A stretch of DNA of 64,000 bases, taken from the NCBI GenBank assembly GCA_026026165.1, contig JAPEUD010000044.1, forward strand, positions 62,001 through 126,000. The letters run 5' to 3'. The notes below the pieces were generated by a model that had not been told where the DNA came from, made no database searches, and saw nothing but the letters and a program-made list of their open reading frames with translations. Source of the DNA: Sarea resinae (taxonomy: Eukaryota). Numbering within the stretch: the first letter of the stretch is position 1; each line of letters opens with the position of its first letter. The position numbers and the translations under genes were made by a program. This document shows, piece by piece, positions 36,049-49,979 of this stretch.

Positions 36049-39000
36049 CTACGCACGCCAATGCTGCACAAGACCATGCAGACGATCAATAACGACCGGG
36101 AAAATAGCATTCACGCTGTCGCCGATCAAAGCCTCGAAATGTCTAATGGCCTCCTCTTCACTCATCTCAAGATGGAAACGGTCTCGTACTTTGATTACAG
36201 CCTTGTCGGGCTCCATCTTGATGTCCGGGATGTTTGCATCCACCATTAGACTGAAAAGATTCAATATCAGGTTTGAGGACTTGCGGAGCGTCGTGTATGC
36301 GGTGAAGCAATACTGCTTGAAGGAGGCATAATAGGGAGAGTTGGCCCCACCCATGCCTTCTACCATTTCTTTACAGAGCTTCATTGCGGGAGGAAAGGGC
36401 TTCGGGTCCCGGCCAAGGATGAAGCCGAAATCAGCATGGAAGAAATGACCTGTTGTGGCAAGTTGTTAATATCTCTATGCCGACATCATTCTAATGGCTA
36501 GATAGGGTAGACTTACCATCCGGTGCTAATAGTAGATTGTCCAGATGCCGGTCACCGACGCCTAGTAAGTACGTGATCACACTATACCCTGCACAGCTCT
36601 TGACGTAGGTATCCATTGCTTCCTTTCTCACTCCAAGAGGCTCGCTTTCGTCCGGATTATTTGCCTTCAGATATGCGAGAATGCTTCCTCGATATTTCGT
36701 TACTGCGGCAGCCAAGCTCATAGATCCTACAAATTGGACGGCACCTGCAGTGGAGCTGGTGGCCAATATCCGATACGGCGATAGCTTCAGATCCAGGTTT
36801 TCCTTCCTAAGTAGGCGGTCCATCAGACTGATTATCTGAATGACAAGTTGATCCTGCCGCAGATCATCGCCAGTCTTAAAGATGACCGGGTATTTTCTTC
36901 CATCAGAGGTTTTGAAGTGGATAAGCAGAGGAAAAAGAGAGGACTTGAAGACATTTGACTCTTCAGGAAAGCATCCAACTATAGATACGTCCGGATCAAG
37001 TGGAAGAGTGAGAGGTGGGTCGAATGATGTCAACTCATTCTTCGGGTCGGTGATAAAGCGCTTCAATCGTTCAATTTTGTGTGGGCGGTCCTCGCGAGAA
37101 AATCTGATCTCCTTGGATATTTTAGAGAGAACAGCGATGAGTTCCCCTTGACGGAGAAGAGTCTTGCGTCTTTCAGGACCGTCTGGAGTCTTCGAAGTCT
37201 AGGTCAGCTGAATGCCGTTTCCAGGATCTAGCAGGATTCTATACCTTGAGCAGCTCCGTCATGAAATCATACTCTACTCTCGCGAAGAGCTTGCGATGCT
37301 CCTTCGTCTGATCTGGGCTACGATCGTCACACTCAACCAAGAGATACCAGTGCAAATAATTTCCTAAAGTAAAATTTTGCGACGCTCTTGCAATCAAAAA
37401 TTTGGCTAGAGATGAATCTTGAGCGGTATCTTCAGCGGTATCTGCGGATATCTTCTCGAATTTGAGGGCTTGGACTAGTTGCAAAAGATACAGCAGCAGC
37501 TCCTAGATGGTCAAAGTCAGCCCCCTGCGCTACATCCAGAGAAATGGAGGACATACTTCATCATCTGCTTTCCGCAGCCGATCAACAGCATAAGCTCTGA
37601 CAGCAGGGTTATCGAATGTAGGACCCAACAACTCGAGAGCATCATCAACGTCAATCTCAGTCCATTTTGGGAGTATCTGAACTGCTTGTCGTGCTTCGCT
37701 TTGATCATGCCAAGCTACTGATTTGACAAATTTTGTCAGAGCCTAGAATATGTCAGCACTTCCAGACTATAGGCTTTTCTAGCAAGGGTAATTACTCGTT
37801 TGTCTTTGGCAAGATGATATCGAAACTTCCAGACTAGATCCTTTTCTTCAGCCTTCAGCTCATGGGTAGGTCCGTAGGACAAGATAAGCTAGAAAGTCAA
37901 GTTAGCTTGAGACTTCTGGAGGGAGGTCAACGGATCATTGAGGCTACTCACGTTCAATTCGTCTCGAATTTTAGCATTAGGCTTCAGATCTCGATCTAAG
38001 ACACCAGTGCGATGACTGCGAACAAGGCGCCTATGCATGCTCTCGGCCGGATTGTCTCTGGCTCCAACCTCTGGATCATAGATCTTGATTAGCCTGCCAC
38101 CATAGCTACTCGTTTCTCCATCCACGCCATCCGGGTATCCGTTGATTCCAGGGCCAAATTGCACCTCTGGCGGAGGCCTCAGTGTAGCATTTGAGGACGA
38201 TGAATGAAGGTGCGAAGAGATGGGAGGGACTGGGTATTCGTGATCGGAGAAGACAATCGGGAAGTCAAAGCGAGGTAAATCAATATAGAGTATGAACTTC
38301 TCGCTATCCTCATCTATCCCGTCCTTCAAGTTCCTATGTGCGTCCTCTTGACTAGTACCATCCACTACGGCTTTTTCAGGACCAGCCCCAGCGGCCGCTT
38401 GGGCTGCGGGGTACTTTTGGCGGCTCCCACTATTGGCTGACGCCTTTTCCGAAACGCGAAAAACGAGCTGATCCAGCCAGTCCACTCGAGGTATCTCTCC
38501 CATCTCGTGCTTCTTTATCAGCTTCTCGAGCCGTTCAACCTCGTCCTCCGGTTCACTAGCAGGAGGATCACCGCTTCCATTTTTCTTCTGGCCCCGCCGT
38601 AAGGATGTGATTATGGAGGGGGTGGTAGTTGATGATAGGCCATCGGCTGCTTTATGGCGATGAACATGGCACTTTTGTCGACCCTTTTGCAGTGTATTAT
38701 CCTTCTCGAATAGTGACACAGTCGTGCCCCCAAATGGTATGGCATGACCCCTGGCACCTTCAGTCGGTGAGAGATCCCATATGGTTATTGCAAGCTGGGA
38801 ATTGAGCGGTATCGTTGAGTAGTCGACAGGGAGCGTTAACCATTCATTCCATGTTCGGTCTGCTTTGAATGACTTGTATGAGGTCTGGACTGGGACCGCG
38901 AGAGGCTTCGAATCGGCCCAAAGCTGGACGGTGACATAGAGATCCGAATGAGGACTGGAGCACATGATCATCAGGAATGGAACATAAATAAAGGAGCTAT

Positions 39001-39213
39001 CTGCCAGTCACCTCATATTAGAGCCTATATATCTCAAGTCTGGCCGGTACGCCAAAGTGGAGAACTCCACTGGCTTTTGCTGGCCTTTGAGCTCATTACT
39101 AGGAATACAGTCAGCCTACAGCTGAAATGAACGGGATCCCTGATAGAAGCGCACATTCTCACTCTTACTGGAATATCCAGTGCGCCAGAGCTGGCGAAAG
39201 TGAAGGGTTCCAT
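36049..39213 (-). CDS. VPS34: Class III phosphatidylinositol 3-kinase Vps34; multi-exon
   Basis: MEPFTFASS start, C2 domain ([13 protein letters not shown]), helical domain ([13 protein letters not shown]), kinase motifs [33 protein letters not shown]. Ends QHWRA*. Confidence 0.96.
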
Positions 39214-39765
39214 GCTGGACGATGGCTATCGGTAGGTCATAATTCCATGTGTGGCCTCGAGTTAACTGACAATTGCCTCGACTTTCTCTTCTTGCTGAAC
39301 ATGAGGTTGTCTGTGGGGTTGGCTCTCAATAACACTATCACTACCTGACGTAGCTAGATGACTTGCTGCTCCGGTCCGTCTCTTACAAAGTACCAAGTAC
39401 CTGAGGTGCCCATTCCGTTGCTCATCGCCGGGTAACCTTGGGGGGGCTCTGAGGCCAACACGTCCGATCGCGGTTTCCCTTTTCGTATGCGTGTACCGGC
39501 GTCTGCACGCGTCTTCGACGGCCCCCCAATCACCTCTTCATCTCAACAGTCTGTCCTTCGAGTATTTCGCTGATAGCCTCAGTCTGGATGAGCATCTCAC
39601 ATTCGTTCATAATCCGACTGAGCCATCGAGGAGCCTCGCTCTTTCCTCCCTCAAAATCGCCTTATCTATCCGGTCAGAGGCTGTGCCGCGCCTACTAACG
39701 AAGCCAGCATCTTCGTTCGTTGCGCAGCCACAGCAATACACACCACCCACCATTCACCACTTGCA

Positions 39766-41328
39766 ATGGCTAGATCAACAGTATTTTCCAATCCAGGTGA
39801 AGAAGACGATCTCTACTCCGCGTCACCCGCAACAGCACAATCTCGACGCCGGGCAGCGCGGACGCAGAGTTCACCATCCCCCCTGCCGGAGACTTCTCCT
39901 TCATCCGATAAGGAGAATCGACAAGCATCTACTGCCAGATCCCGCCAGGGAAAACGTGATATGCCTCCACCTCAGCTACCCTCCAATCGTGCTGCTACTC
40001 CTAGGACGACGAAGAAGCGCAGACTTGGCGATCATGATGCGCGTCTGGCCAGTCAGATTGCTCATGAGCGCGAGCTGGAAGAGGCTGCAGATACGCAGTT
40101 CTACGATCCCGACCAAGACATCGAGGAGAGACGCGCCATTCGGAAGGGACTGCGCGATCTCACTAGGGAATTAACCGGTATTAAACAAAGTCTCGGCCGT
40201 GAAGCAATCATAGCTAATACTCGTCTCAGAGTCACGCTCCGAATACCTTGCTGCAGGGTCCACCGGAATCTCTGACACCCTGCGAAAAGCAAACGGGTTG
40301 TTCTCTGTAGTCAAGCAAACTTCGGACGCAACGTTGGACTCTCGGCTACTCGTTACAGCCGCCGACCTTTCGTACAAGAAAACGACGCAACTCACACTTG
40401 GAGATACAAGCCAAGGTATTGATGTCGACGAGTTTGTTTCCAAATGCATCACGTTCATGCGTCGGGGTCCTAACAATGATGACGAGGCCCCTCAGGGATC
40501 TGGCAATTCATCTCGCAGGCGGCGACGAAATGCTGTCGGCGACGATGATGACGTTAGCGGAGGCGAAGGCAGTGGGGATGAAGGGGATGCAATGAATTGG
40601 GATTGGCTTGGAAGAAAAGCCTGTTTCCCTTACAGTCTGCGCCCTCCAGTGCCGGGATTCCTACTCGGCCCTCTGTCGGTGCAGAAACGTGTGCGTGTAC
40701 AGAGGGCACGGCGAGAGCGCCTGCAGCGGCGGAATCCTGCGGACGTCGTTCGCCCCGAGGAATTAAAGGCTACAGACATCGAGAAGGTTGAGAACTCCAA
40801 TTTGACATTCTTGTGTAGGGGCATTCGGGAAGTGCTTGCCAGAAGACAAACAGAAGGCCAGGACAAGGTAGGAGAGGAGGCGACGGAAGATACGTCAGAG
40901 GACGAGCTCAAGGCTCTCATGTCCAGACACGGCATATGCGACGATGGCGGAGTCTCACTATTTCGCTTTGTCATCAACCCGCACTCATTCGGGCAGACGG
41001 TGGAGAATCTCTTTTACGTCAGCTTTTTGATCAGAGACGGTAGTGTGGGAATCGGCAAGGATGGAGACGGGCTTCCTACTCTCCGTAAGCTATTCATTCG
41101 TGCTAATTCTTCAGTCTCAAGTCATTGACACGTCAAGCAGATGCCTCGGAGCCAAGAAAAAAATCAGAGATCAGAGAACAAGGTGTCCAGAAACATCAAG
41201 CGGTCTTCAGCATAGATTACGCGACATGGGAAGACATCATCGAGGCTTTGAATATCAGGGAGTCTGTGATCCCGGATCGGAAAAGCGAGGATGCCGCTCC
41301 GGTCAGCGCGACAGGCTGGTACGGTTAG
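39766..41328 (+). CDS. NSE4: Smc5/6 complex kleisin subunit Nse4; 3 exons
   Basis: [88 protein letters not shown]. Confidence 0.93.
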
Positions 41329-41696
41329 ATACCCATTGATGGCGTTGAGGCGATGGCGTGTGTTTTGTTTTGGCTGGGAATGCATGAAAGAATTGTAATC
41401 TATTTTAACATATAGACGGAGATGGAGGCTCGCCGGTGATTCTGGGCGCTATCGGCGGGCTTGAGCGTTGCTTGGGCTTTCAAGCAGAATCATTGAGCAA
41501 TGTTGCTATCTGAGAAGAAAGGTTGCTTCAGCTTCGGCCTCGGTACGAACATTCTTATCGATATCATATAGCCCAGAAAACGCCATGATTTTCGAGATAC
41601 CATAATTGCGCGCATTCTTGTTCACGATGGCGCTGATATATCGAGACGGAGATCTCATAAATTAGCAGGTTCCCTTAGAGAAAGTTTTAGTTCAAC

Positions 41697-42464
41697 TCAT
41701 ATATAATTTGATATCCTATTCGCATGTCAGTAATCGAAAACGGCCACAGTCCCCGCAACTCCGCTCAAGACCAAACCAAAACTCCAGAAGTGGGAGTTTG
41801 AGTCCACAATGAGAGTTTAAAAGAGCCATTGTCGTGAAGAAGCAAAAGGGGCAAGGATAACTCACTCAATCAAATTTCCATCGGGATCCCTACAATAAAA
41901 GCTTCTCAACGAGCCCCTCGCACCCACCCTCTCCACAATCCCGTCCTCATTCTCGCCCTCTTCACCCAACCTGAGCACCTCGACCCCACTCGCCTCCAAG
42001 GCTCTCCTCGCCTCCTCAACCGGCATCTCAGTCAACAGGCACAGATCGGCGCTACCGGGCACGGGCGTCCGGGCCTTGGGCTCGAACTCATGGCCCCGGA
42101 GATGCAGATTAATCTTCTGCGCGCCAAAGACCAGGGAATGTCTCTTTTCGGACGGGTTGGCGGCCGAGGTGAAGGTTTGCGAGGTCATGCCTAGGTGGGA
42201 GCTGTAGAATTGTAGCGTGCGCGCGATCGAGCCAACCGTTAGCACGATATGGTCTAGGGCCTTGATCTTGACGGAGGGGGGGCTCGGGGCTTGTTGGTCT
42301 CGCTGATGCTGTTGCTGTTGCTGCTGGCTTTGATGGTGGAAGGGCGCCGAGGCGATCCTGCTGAAGCTGCGGACGGAGTGGTGGGGAAGAAGGTATGGCA
42401 GAACGAGGGAGGTACAGCGGTGGGGTGGTGAGATGGATCGCTGGAATCTGAGAACGCGCTGCAT
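41697..42464 (-). CDS. VOC/glyoxalase family protein (GLOD5-like) with a probable mitochondrial presequence; 2 exons
   Basis: ALDHIVLTV, FGAQKINLH, FEPKA..PVPGSADLC, GARGSLRSFYCRDPDGNLIE|ISNYI*. The last 19-nt exon (41715-41697) follows a gtgagt..ctgac..tag intron. Start codon uncertain. Confidence 0.88.
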
Positions 42465-43951
42465 GGTCAAGATATTGGTGGATATGATTGGAGTGCAGTC
42501 TAGGTCTTTACGGGATTTTCTAGAATTTCTGTGCACGTTTGGTTGCCCACGTTTTGGTATGGTTTATGTTTCGGTGTTCCGATTCCCAGAATTACGTCGA
42601 CTTCTTCCGAAGAGCAATGACGTCGACGAGGATGAGGTCGTTTGTTTACATCCAAGGGGGCATTTGATGGCTATCTAAAAGTCGCACATCAGCACAACGT
42701 TTACTTCCTTTACTTTTCCTATCATGAACATTCCTTTCCGAAATGCTATTTTTAGGAGATAATAAGGACCAAAAAAGCCTCTAGAAGTAACGCCCCTCCA
42801 AAACTTTGATAATATCTCGTAACTTCAACACGACTCAACAGGGCTCATTCCTTACATAGGTATCTAGCATTATTCCAGAGGATATATTAATTGGACTTCT
42901 CCTCGAACAATTTGTTCCTAGGTGTTAGTGTACGAGATGCTTGCCCTAATAGCACAGTTGAGAAGAAGTCAACAATAACTTCGAGCATAAACTATAAAAG
43001 CTACTAATATTCCAAGATATCAGCAAAAAGCTCAGGCCACTTTAACAAATAGCCTTACGAAAATCCCCAGGAATTTATCTCATCAGATCGCTCTGGAAGC
43101 GAAAGGCTGCTGCAAATCAGACATTATGGTGAGGGAAAGAATACTCCTCCTGCTGGGATTCGAACACGAGCGAATACAGTCCTCCACCGAAGTTTGGTAG
43201 TGAAGGGCCGTTTTTCTAAAGCAGGCAGATGACACCGAGTACCTCTACGCCAAACGGACCTTTCTAGTGAAATGAAAGGACCTTAATATTGACTATATGG
43301 GTTGAGAGATTCACGGTGGTTAGACGTACTGCCAACAACAGGGATATCTAGAAGGGTGAATCAATTCATCGTTATATTCTAGAGAATCCGAAACGGCGAA
43401 TGCCTAAGCCAGCCACCGAGACAAACTACATGCATATCATATACCAATTATCATGTCATAGGTAATGAGCTTGGGCGTGCGAGGAGACTTTCTACCTTAC
43501 TCAACCTCTACACCAATTCTTCTAAGCAGTCTACCCCCGTTGATCACGGCCATATGAGCAGTGGGAATATCCGTGAAGGTTCCGGGAGGGTGGCAATCGG
43601 CACTGTCATTCGAGGTTCAGTCAATGTGGCAGAGATAGACTCATCGACCTGAGTGAAGATACTACGGAAATCGATAAGAGAAACTTATGTAGAGATATAT
43701 CTGCCAATGGATGCTCTACGCCACGATATGTAGAAGCCCAGGGTAACCTGATATGACGAAGAAAGCAGCATTCGAGAATTCTTATCGAACAGAAAAAGTG
43801 TACAGGAAAGGTGAATTATTGGGCTAGGTGAAAAGAAGCAGCGCAACGTCCCAAAAATTCCTGACCCAGTACGCCAGAGTCCCCATCTTCTAGTGGACTG
43901 ATGCAAAGACACAAAAGACACTTATTCAAGAGAAGCCGAGTAATCAGATTC

Positions 43952-45314
43952 TCAATGCTGGCCATTAGGCAGCATTTCTTTGACATCCTGTTTGTCGACC
44001 GCGGCCGAATGCCGACCTTTACACTTGACCTTGACAAGCTTCTGCATCGCGCTAAACCTCCCCCCTTCGATTACCAGAGCGGTAAGTTCATTTCCGTTCA
44101 CGCAGCCGCTATCTAGGCCTTTTGAGTACTGCTGGATGGTGAGGCCACGCTTCGAGTCGTGGCCGTAGATGACGGTAGAACGTTTGACCTTAGGGACGCT
44201 GGACTGGAAGTAGTTCCACAACTAGAAAGATCATTAGTTCTTGTTTCTGGCTTACATGGTGTACTACGACTGACCTTCTCCCACGGCATGCCGCTCCGAG
44301 TCTCACTCGGAACGTGCGTCTCGAGATCAACTGATCTCATGTTCATCACGTTAAACGGATCTTGCCTATTAAGATCGAGCCCGGGCACCAAGCCAGCATG
44401 TACCACCACAACTTCTCCCATTCCGTCAACATCTCCTACCTTTAGAATGACGGGACATTCTTTCAGCCAATTCACTTGCTGATCATTTAATCTGCGGGCC
44501 AGGGCTCGATCTCTGTAGTCACCGTGGCTGAAACTCTCCTCGCCCAGGTCATCATTTCCGGTCTGAGGATCTTCTTCTGGTCCCTGAAGGGGTAGGTGTT
44601 TTGAGTGGACATCGTGATGCGCCAGGAGAACTCGGTCTTCATGATTTCCTCGTACACAAGAAGCGCCGAGCTCCCGTGCAAGATCGATCACGCCAGAGGA
44701 GTCGGGGCCTTTGGCAATCATATCACCTGTGAGAATCAAATGATCTTTCACTGGCTTGAAAGAAACCTTGTCGAGTAGTTTCAACACTATAGCCCGGCAT
44801 GTTAGACCGAAAATTCATCGAGAATAAGTCACTGCAGAGACTGAAGAGACCACATACATTCATCTTTGCACCCGTGTACATCGCCAACGATTACTAGCCT
44901 CTTATCATCCATAGACCGTCCCGATTGGGGTATCAAGTGGCTGTCCAACGTCTTGAGTTGCACCATATTTGTGAAAGCCGGTCGCACATTGGTACCATAC
45001 CAACCCTTGCTCGACATGGCCTCTTGATCAAAGCTATCACGGAATATCTTCTGCTCAGCCCACCGGGGTGACAACCACCAGTCGTAAGCCACGTAGGCTA
45101 TCGCCGTAAGCCATAGACAGAATACTATGTAACGTCCGTACCGCTTTGTTTTTATCATCCTCAACCACGGGCGGTCCTCCACCGGCGAGCTGGGCAATTC
45201 GTATTCGGATTCGTTCTTCCACTCGTTGGTGACGAGGTTGATCAGTGGATGCGGTGGCAGATGTGGTACTTGTTGTGAAGGGAAACGGGCGAGGTCGCCG
45301 TGCTTGTGTTCCAT
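43952..45314 (-). CDS. Calcineurin-like metallophosphoesterase, ApaH/Ppn2-like, with an N-terminal TM anchor; 3 exons
   Basis: Motifs VGDVHGC, TGDMIAKGPDS, VRGNHED, VHAGL, IYGHDS, GLDSGCV. TM YIVFCLWLTAIAYVAY. Architecture resembles yeast vacuolar endopolyphosphatase Ppn2 (inference). Confidence 0.85.
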
Positions 45315-46279
45315 GGAAGACCGCCAAGAGCTTCACGACTAAAAGTCGCAATCGTACACGGAGACAATGGCCGAATCCGATGCAATCCACCACCCAGCTG
45401 CGATGCGCTATAGGCGAACGGAATTCGACAGCGACAACGATGAGATCCGGGCAGATCTGACTCAAGACATGCGTTTAGGGGGGAGCGGGGAGGGGAGCCC
45501 TGAGGTTGCCAGTAGACAGATACCAAAGTAGGTAGGTCGGTTTTACTGCCAAGCAACGCAGACGTCGCGAGTCCTTTTAGACGGTAGACTAAGGGTATGA
45601 GAATATGAAGATGATGTTGGTGGGAACGATGAAGCTTCCTGACTATTCGGACCGAGACGATAGGGACCGGCGGTGGTCAAGAGTCAACAAGACCGACGAA
45701 AAGAAGATTGATGGTGAAGCGTATGGCAGTGATGACGACGATGTTCCGCAGGCTGTCCGGTCGTTACTCTTCACGGGCTCTTCAAGTTCGTTGAGACAAG
45801 AGTGCTTGGGCTGCTTTGGGAAAGCGGTTGGTGGTACCGCGCAATACAACCATCGACTTGAAGACAGCTACTTCATAGCGTGTGTCGATATCCGCTTGCG
45901 GCCAAGTACACAACATGGCACGAGTACTGGAATCTCGTATTGTCCGAAGTAGTCCGTACCTCCGCAGCTCGCTACTCGAGATAGGCGAGATCCAGTCGAA
46001 AAGAACTTGCCTGGTTGGAACCTGGAAGTCTCGATCACAATCCTCATAAGGGTATAGGTCGCTCTCTGCCGCACAAGATGGAGGTCAAAAGACAAAACAC
46101 GAGAAAGATCATGCCAAACAAGTGAGAACACACAGCGACTTGGACTGATGGCCGGGAATTAATGATGGTCAAAGGGCGATAGCTCCGCAATCTGATATAC
46201 CTTCTTGATAGAGTCCGGGTAGCTAGGTAGCAGCCCAGTGCTTAGTGAAAGGGAAACAATGATTTGATGGCTGCCGATT

Positions 46280-48060
46280 CTTCGTGATCTATTCGTCCGG
46301 TAACAAACACCGCGCGCCCGAGCTTGCCTGGGGGAGGTAGCTGGAGGCCGGGTTCCACCCTGGATATCCGCTGACGGAAACATTGCCGGAGATCAATTCG
46401 CTGCTGAGCAAGATCCGCGACCAACTCTCCGCTTCCGTCGTCGATCTTGCTGTCTGCGGCACAGGAGGGCTCATCGAGTAGTCCCTGAGCCGCGTCATGA
46501 CCTTCCACGGTCACAGTTGCCCTCGCGTATCCTCGAATTGCTTGATGTCAAGACATACTTGATGAGGCAATCAAAATGCCTCGCCCAGAATGTTGGCTCC
46601 CAGTTCCGTGGAGAAGGTCTTCCGTGGAATACGCTACCCCATCTCTACGGATTCTACCTAATATATACTCCTTTTCGGAGTCATACTGTTAGCACGTGCT
46701 AGTCAGCCTGGCTTACAAAGTCTGGCGCCAAAGGAGGGCACCCACAAGATGAAAATGACACGACACGACCTTTGGGATTGAAACGGAGATGTATATGCAA
46801 TGCTTGTCTCCAAAACTAGGAGAAGCCCAGCTTCGTGAGTGAGAAACGTTAGACTATATCTGGAATGCATGTATAGTTTCCGAAACTGCCAGAAAGACGT
46901 CTGTAAGGAGATTTGAAGAATGCGGGTTGCAGGCAAGAGATGGAACGGCTTCTGGGTTCATCATAACCCCCTGGCTTTGAGCTGTGCGAGAGGAAGCAAG
47001 GGGATCATATGCTTAGCATTCTAGGCGGACGGTTACTAGCCTTGCCCATGATTCCACAGCCACTCTTTCAGGGAGACATGAGTGCTGCTTAGATATTGAT
47101 CGTTAGATATTGATCGTGTGTCATGTCAATCATCTCCGTTTATTTGAACAATGCAAACAGCCCTACTATGTACAGTAATAAAAGGACCTTAGAAATTGAT
47201 GCAATTCAAATGCGGGCTATACGAGAGATAAAGAGCGCTCCGTCGAGACAATCACCAAAAGAAAAGGGTTGCCACTAACTCGTCTCGAGTGAGGGTGAGG
47301 CATTCCATTTGCCAAGTGATGTGATCGCGACTGCCACGCGCATAATTTTAAAAGGAGAGCGAACTAAGCTCGAGAGATAGTAGCAAAGAGAGTTCCGATA
47401 AAGCCCTCAGATTAGCTCTCTGGTAGTCATCGATAACCATACAACTACAGGAGTCGCGTTTGCAGCTCCTGAAGAAGAGGCTGTCTATAAGATTTGGCTT
47501 TTGACACTAGTCATCATCACCGGGCCATCGCAAATTGCCGGCTAAAGATCGCCAACGCAGAACTCAAAGAAATAGACATTTGGTAATCAAGACCTGAAGA
47601 TTATCAGCCCGAAGAAGTGGAATAGCTCTATTGGAGCACTCACGGCAAAGCTTCTCCGATTGAAAACTATATATACCCTTCACTAGCTACTACTGACTAG
47701 TCAAAACACCCAGGGACCAAGCAAAGGAAAGGTCTGCTGAGGTTCCTTATAGCAGGAGCTTCCGGATGTGCAAGTGTCGTCACAGCTGGAACACGCTATG
47801 ACCGACCGCAATCTATCACTCATGATTTCGAGCAGGGCGACACCATCTTTGGACAGCAAGCGCAAGACTGAGAAGGCCAGAGTTTCAAGCCCCAAGCAGT
47901 CGTCCTCTAAGATCTCTGTTCACGTTGTTCAGTCATTATTTCGGACGCGTCGAAGTGCTTCGCTGTGGGCAGAACAGTCCATGCGTCCGAGCATCCTGAC
48001 AGCTCTAGTGATGGATTCGTCATTGAGTACTAAATTGATATGATCAGCTTCTGATTGATC
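46280..48060. pseudogene. Possible decayed gene fragments (stop-interrupted, protein-like frames)
   Basis: Three protein-like frames broken by stops: + ~46280-46640, + ~47490-47700, - ~48060-47701. No family recognised. Confidence 0.3.
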
Positions 48061-48363
48061 GTACCATGCTTATGATTTTCAAAGTAAGATCTTAACATAC
48101 CCTGCTGGTTCTTGAGTCTCATGAAACAAAATCAGGTTGGCGTCGGAGGTTGATGTACTACAGAAGACTTATCAAGATCACCGGGTAATCGTGTGGTGTG
48201 CTAGCTTGGATGCAGGTAGGTAGCTTAGCGATAGGAAAACGCTCACGCGAGCTATGCGAATTTCGAGATGCTTTATGCCCTTATTTGATGTGAAACTTGA
48301 GCCTTCGAATAGTTCCGTGGAAGGAAAGGCTGAAGACGGTCTCCCCAGCATTGGCAAGGAGAA

Positions 48364-49979
48364 ATGTCGTCATGGCTATCGAATCCAGCTTCCTCACACC
48401 AGGCGCAGCTGGCTATGACCGCTATTGTGTCTGGTGCCGTGGTTGCGGGCGGAATATTCGGATTTCAGGCGTTAAGAAGGAGGGTCAATGTTGAGAATCT
48501 GAAGGCGTCAATACCCGACATTGGCTCAGAACATCTTGCGGAGAAAGTACTATCGCCCGCGCATGGTCTAAGAGTACGGCTGATTGATGAAAGTGAAGCT
48601 TACAGAATTTGGAACGGCGTCGCATACACCTGTCATGAGCAAGGAAGACGAACGAAGCGCAGCTCTTGCATTAAGGGCCCAACAAGGAGATTATGATGAT
48701 GGTAAGCAGGTGGATACTTGAGGCTTCAATCTATGATACTTAAAAGAGAGTAGATCTTATTCTAGAGCAACTTGCGCGGAACCGTGTCTTCTTGACTGAT
48801 CCCGGTATCGCAAAGCTACGCGCCTCCTTTATAATAATTGTCGGTTGCGGTGGAGTCGGATCTCATGCTGCAGCAGCTCTCTCACGGTCTGGCGTCTCGA
48901 AGATTCGGCTTATCGACTTTGACCAGGTTACGCTTTCCTCCTTGAATCGTCACGCTCTGGCAACGCTGGCGGACGTAGGGACTCCAAAGGTTCACTGCAT
49001 CCGAAAGCGTCTTGCGCAGGTCACACCATGGGTGCATTTTGACTGTCGAAACGAGCTGTTCCATGAGCGCTCGGCGGAGCAACAGCTTGGTTCATGGGGC
49101 GTGGAAAAGCCGGACTTCATCATAGATGCCATTGACAACATTGACAGTAAAGTTGCGCTACTCAATTACTGCTTCAAGAATTCTCTCAAGGTCGTTTCTT
49201 CCATGGGAGCCGGCTGCAAATCCGATCCTTCCCGGATATTCTTGGGCGACATCTCGTCTACTATCGAAGATCCCCTATCAAGATCTACGCGACAACGCCT
49301 CCGTAGGTTGGGCGTCAAAGAAGGTCTTCCAGTTGTCTTTTCTACTGAGAAGCCTGCACCTGGAAAGGCGCAACTCATGCCGTTGCCAGAGGATGAATTC
49401 GCTAAGGGTGGAGTTGGAGAGCTCGGCGTACTTCCCGACTTCCGGGTCAGAATACTGCCCGTTCTGGGGACTATGCCAGCAATTTTCGGCCTCACTATAG
49501 CCAACCATGTCATCCTTGAGGTTACCGGCTATCCGCATGAGTATATTTCTGGCCGAAACCGAGACAAAATGTATGAATCAGTGATGGCGGCCTTGCACGC
49601 CTCGGAAGAAAAGCTTGCCTTTGCAGCGGGCAAAGACGCTCTTGGACTAAAGATACCAATCACCAAGGATGACGTTGGATTTGTGATCGAAGAGATATTC
49701 AAGGGGCGAAGCGCCGTTAGCGGTTTACCGACTCGATTGGCATTGGTTCGCTGGCGAGCTCCTAATAAAGAGACGTTTTTTCAAACCACGTCTGACGATC
49801 AGAAACAATCACGCCTGGCCCTGACGGATCTGGTGTGTATGACCAAAGTAGAGGCTGTTGCTCATGAAAGAGAAGTCTTGATCGGCGGAAAAAGCCCAGA
49901 AGATGTATACGATGCGAGTGTTGTCAAGCTTGTTGAGGCGCGGATAAAGGAAGAGATGAATCTTGAGAGGTACAGGTAG
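48364..49979 (+). CDS. tRNA threonylcarbamoyladenosine dehydratase (ThiF/E1-like, Tcd1/Tcd2); 3 exons
   Basis: N-terminal TM anchor; LILEQLARNRVFL, VGCGGVGS, DFDQVTLSSLNRH, IIDAIDNIDSK, SSMGAG, DPLSRSTR, VVFSTEKP, FRVRILPVLGTMPAIFG. Confidence 0.92.

Noticed and set aside
43141..43230. tRNA gene suggested by GTTCGAATCCC
   Set aside because: The T-stem does not pair, and there is no D-arm/A-box or acceptor stem. Kept only as a low-interest B-box note.
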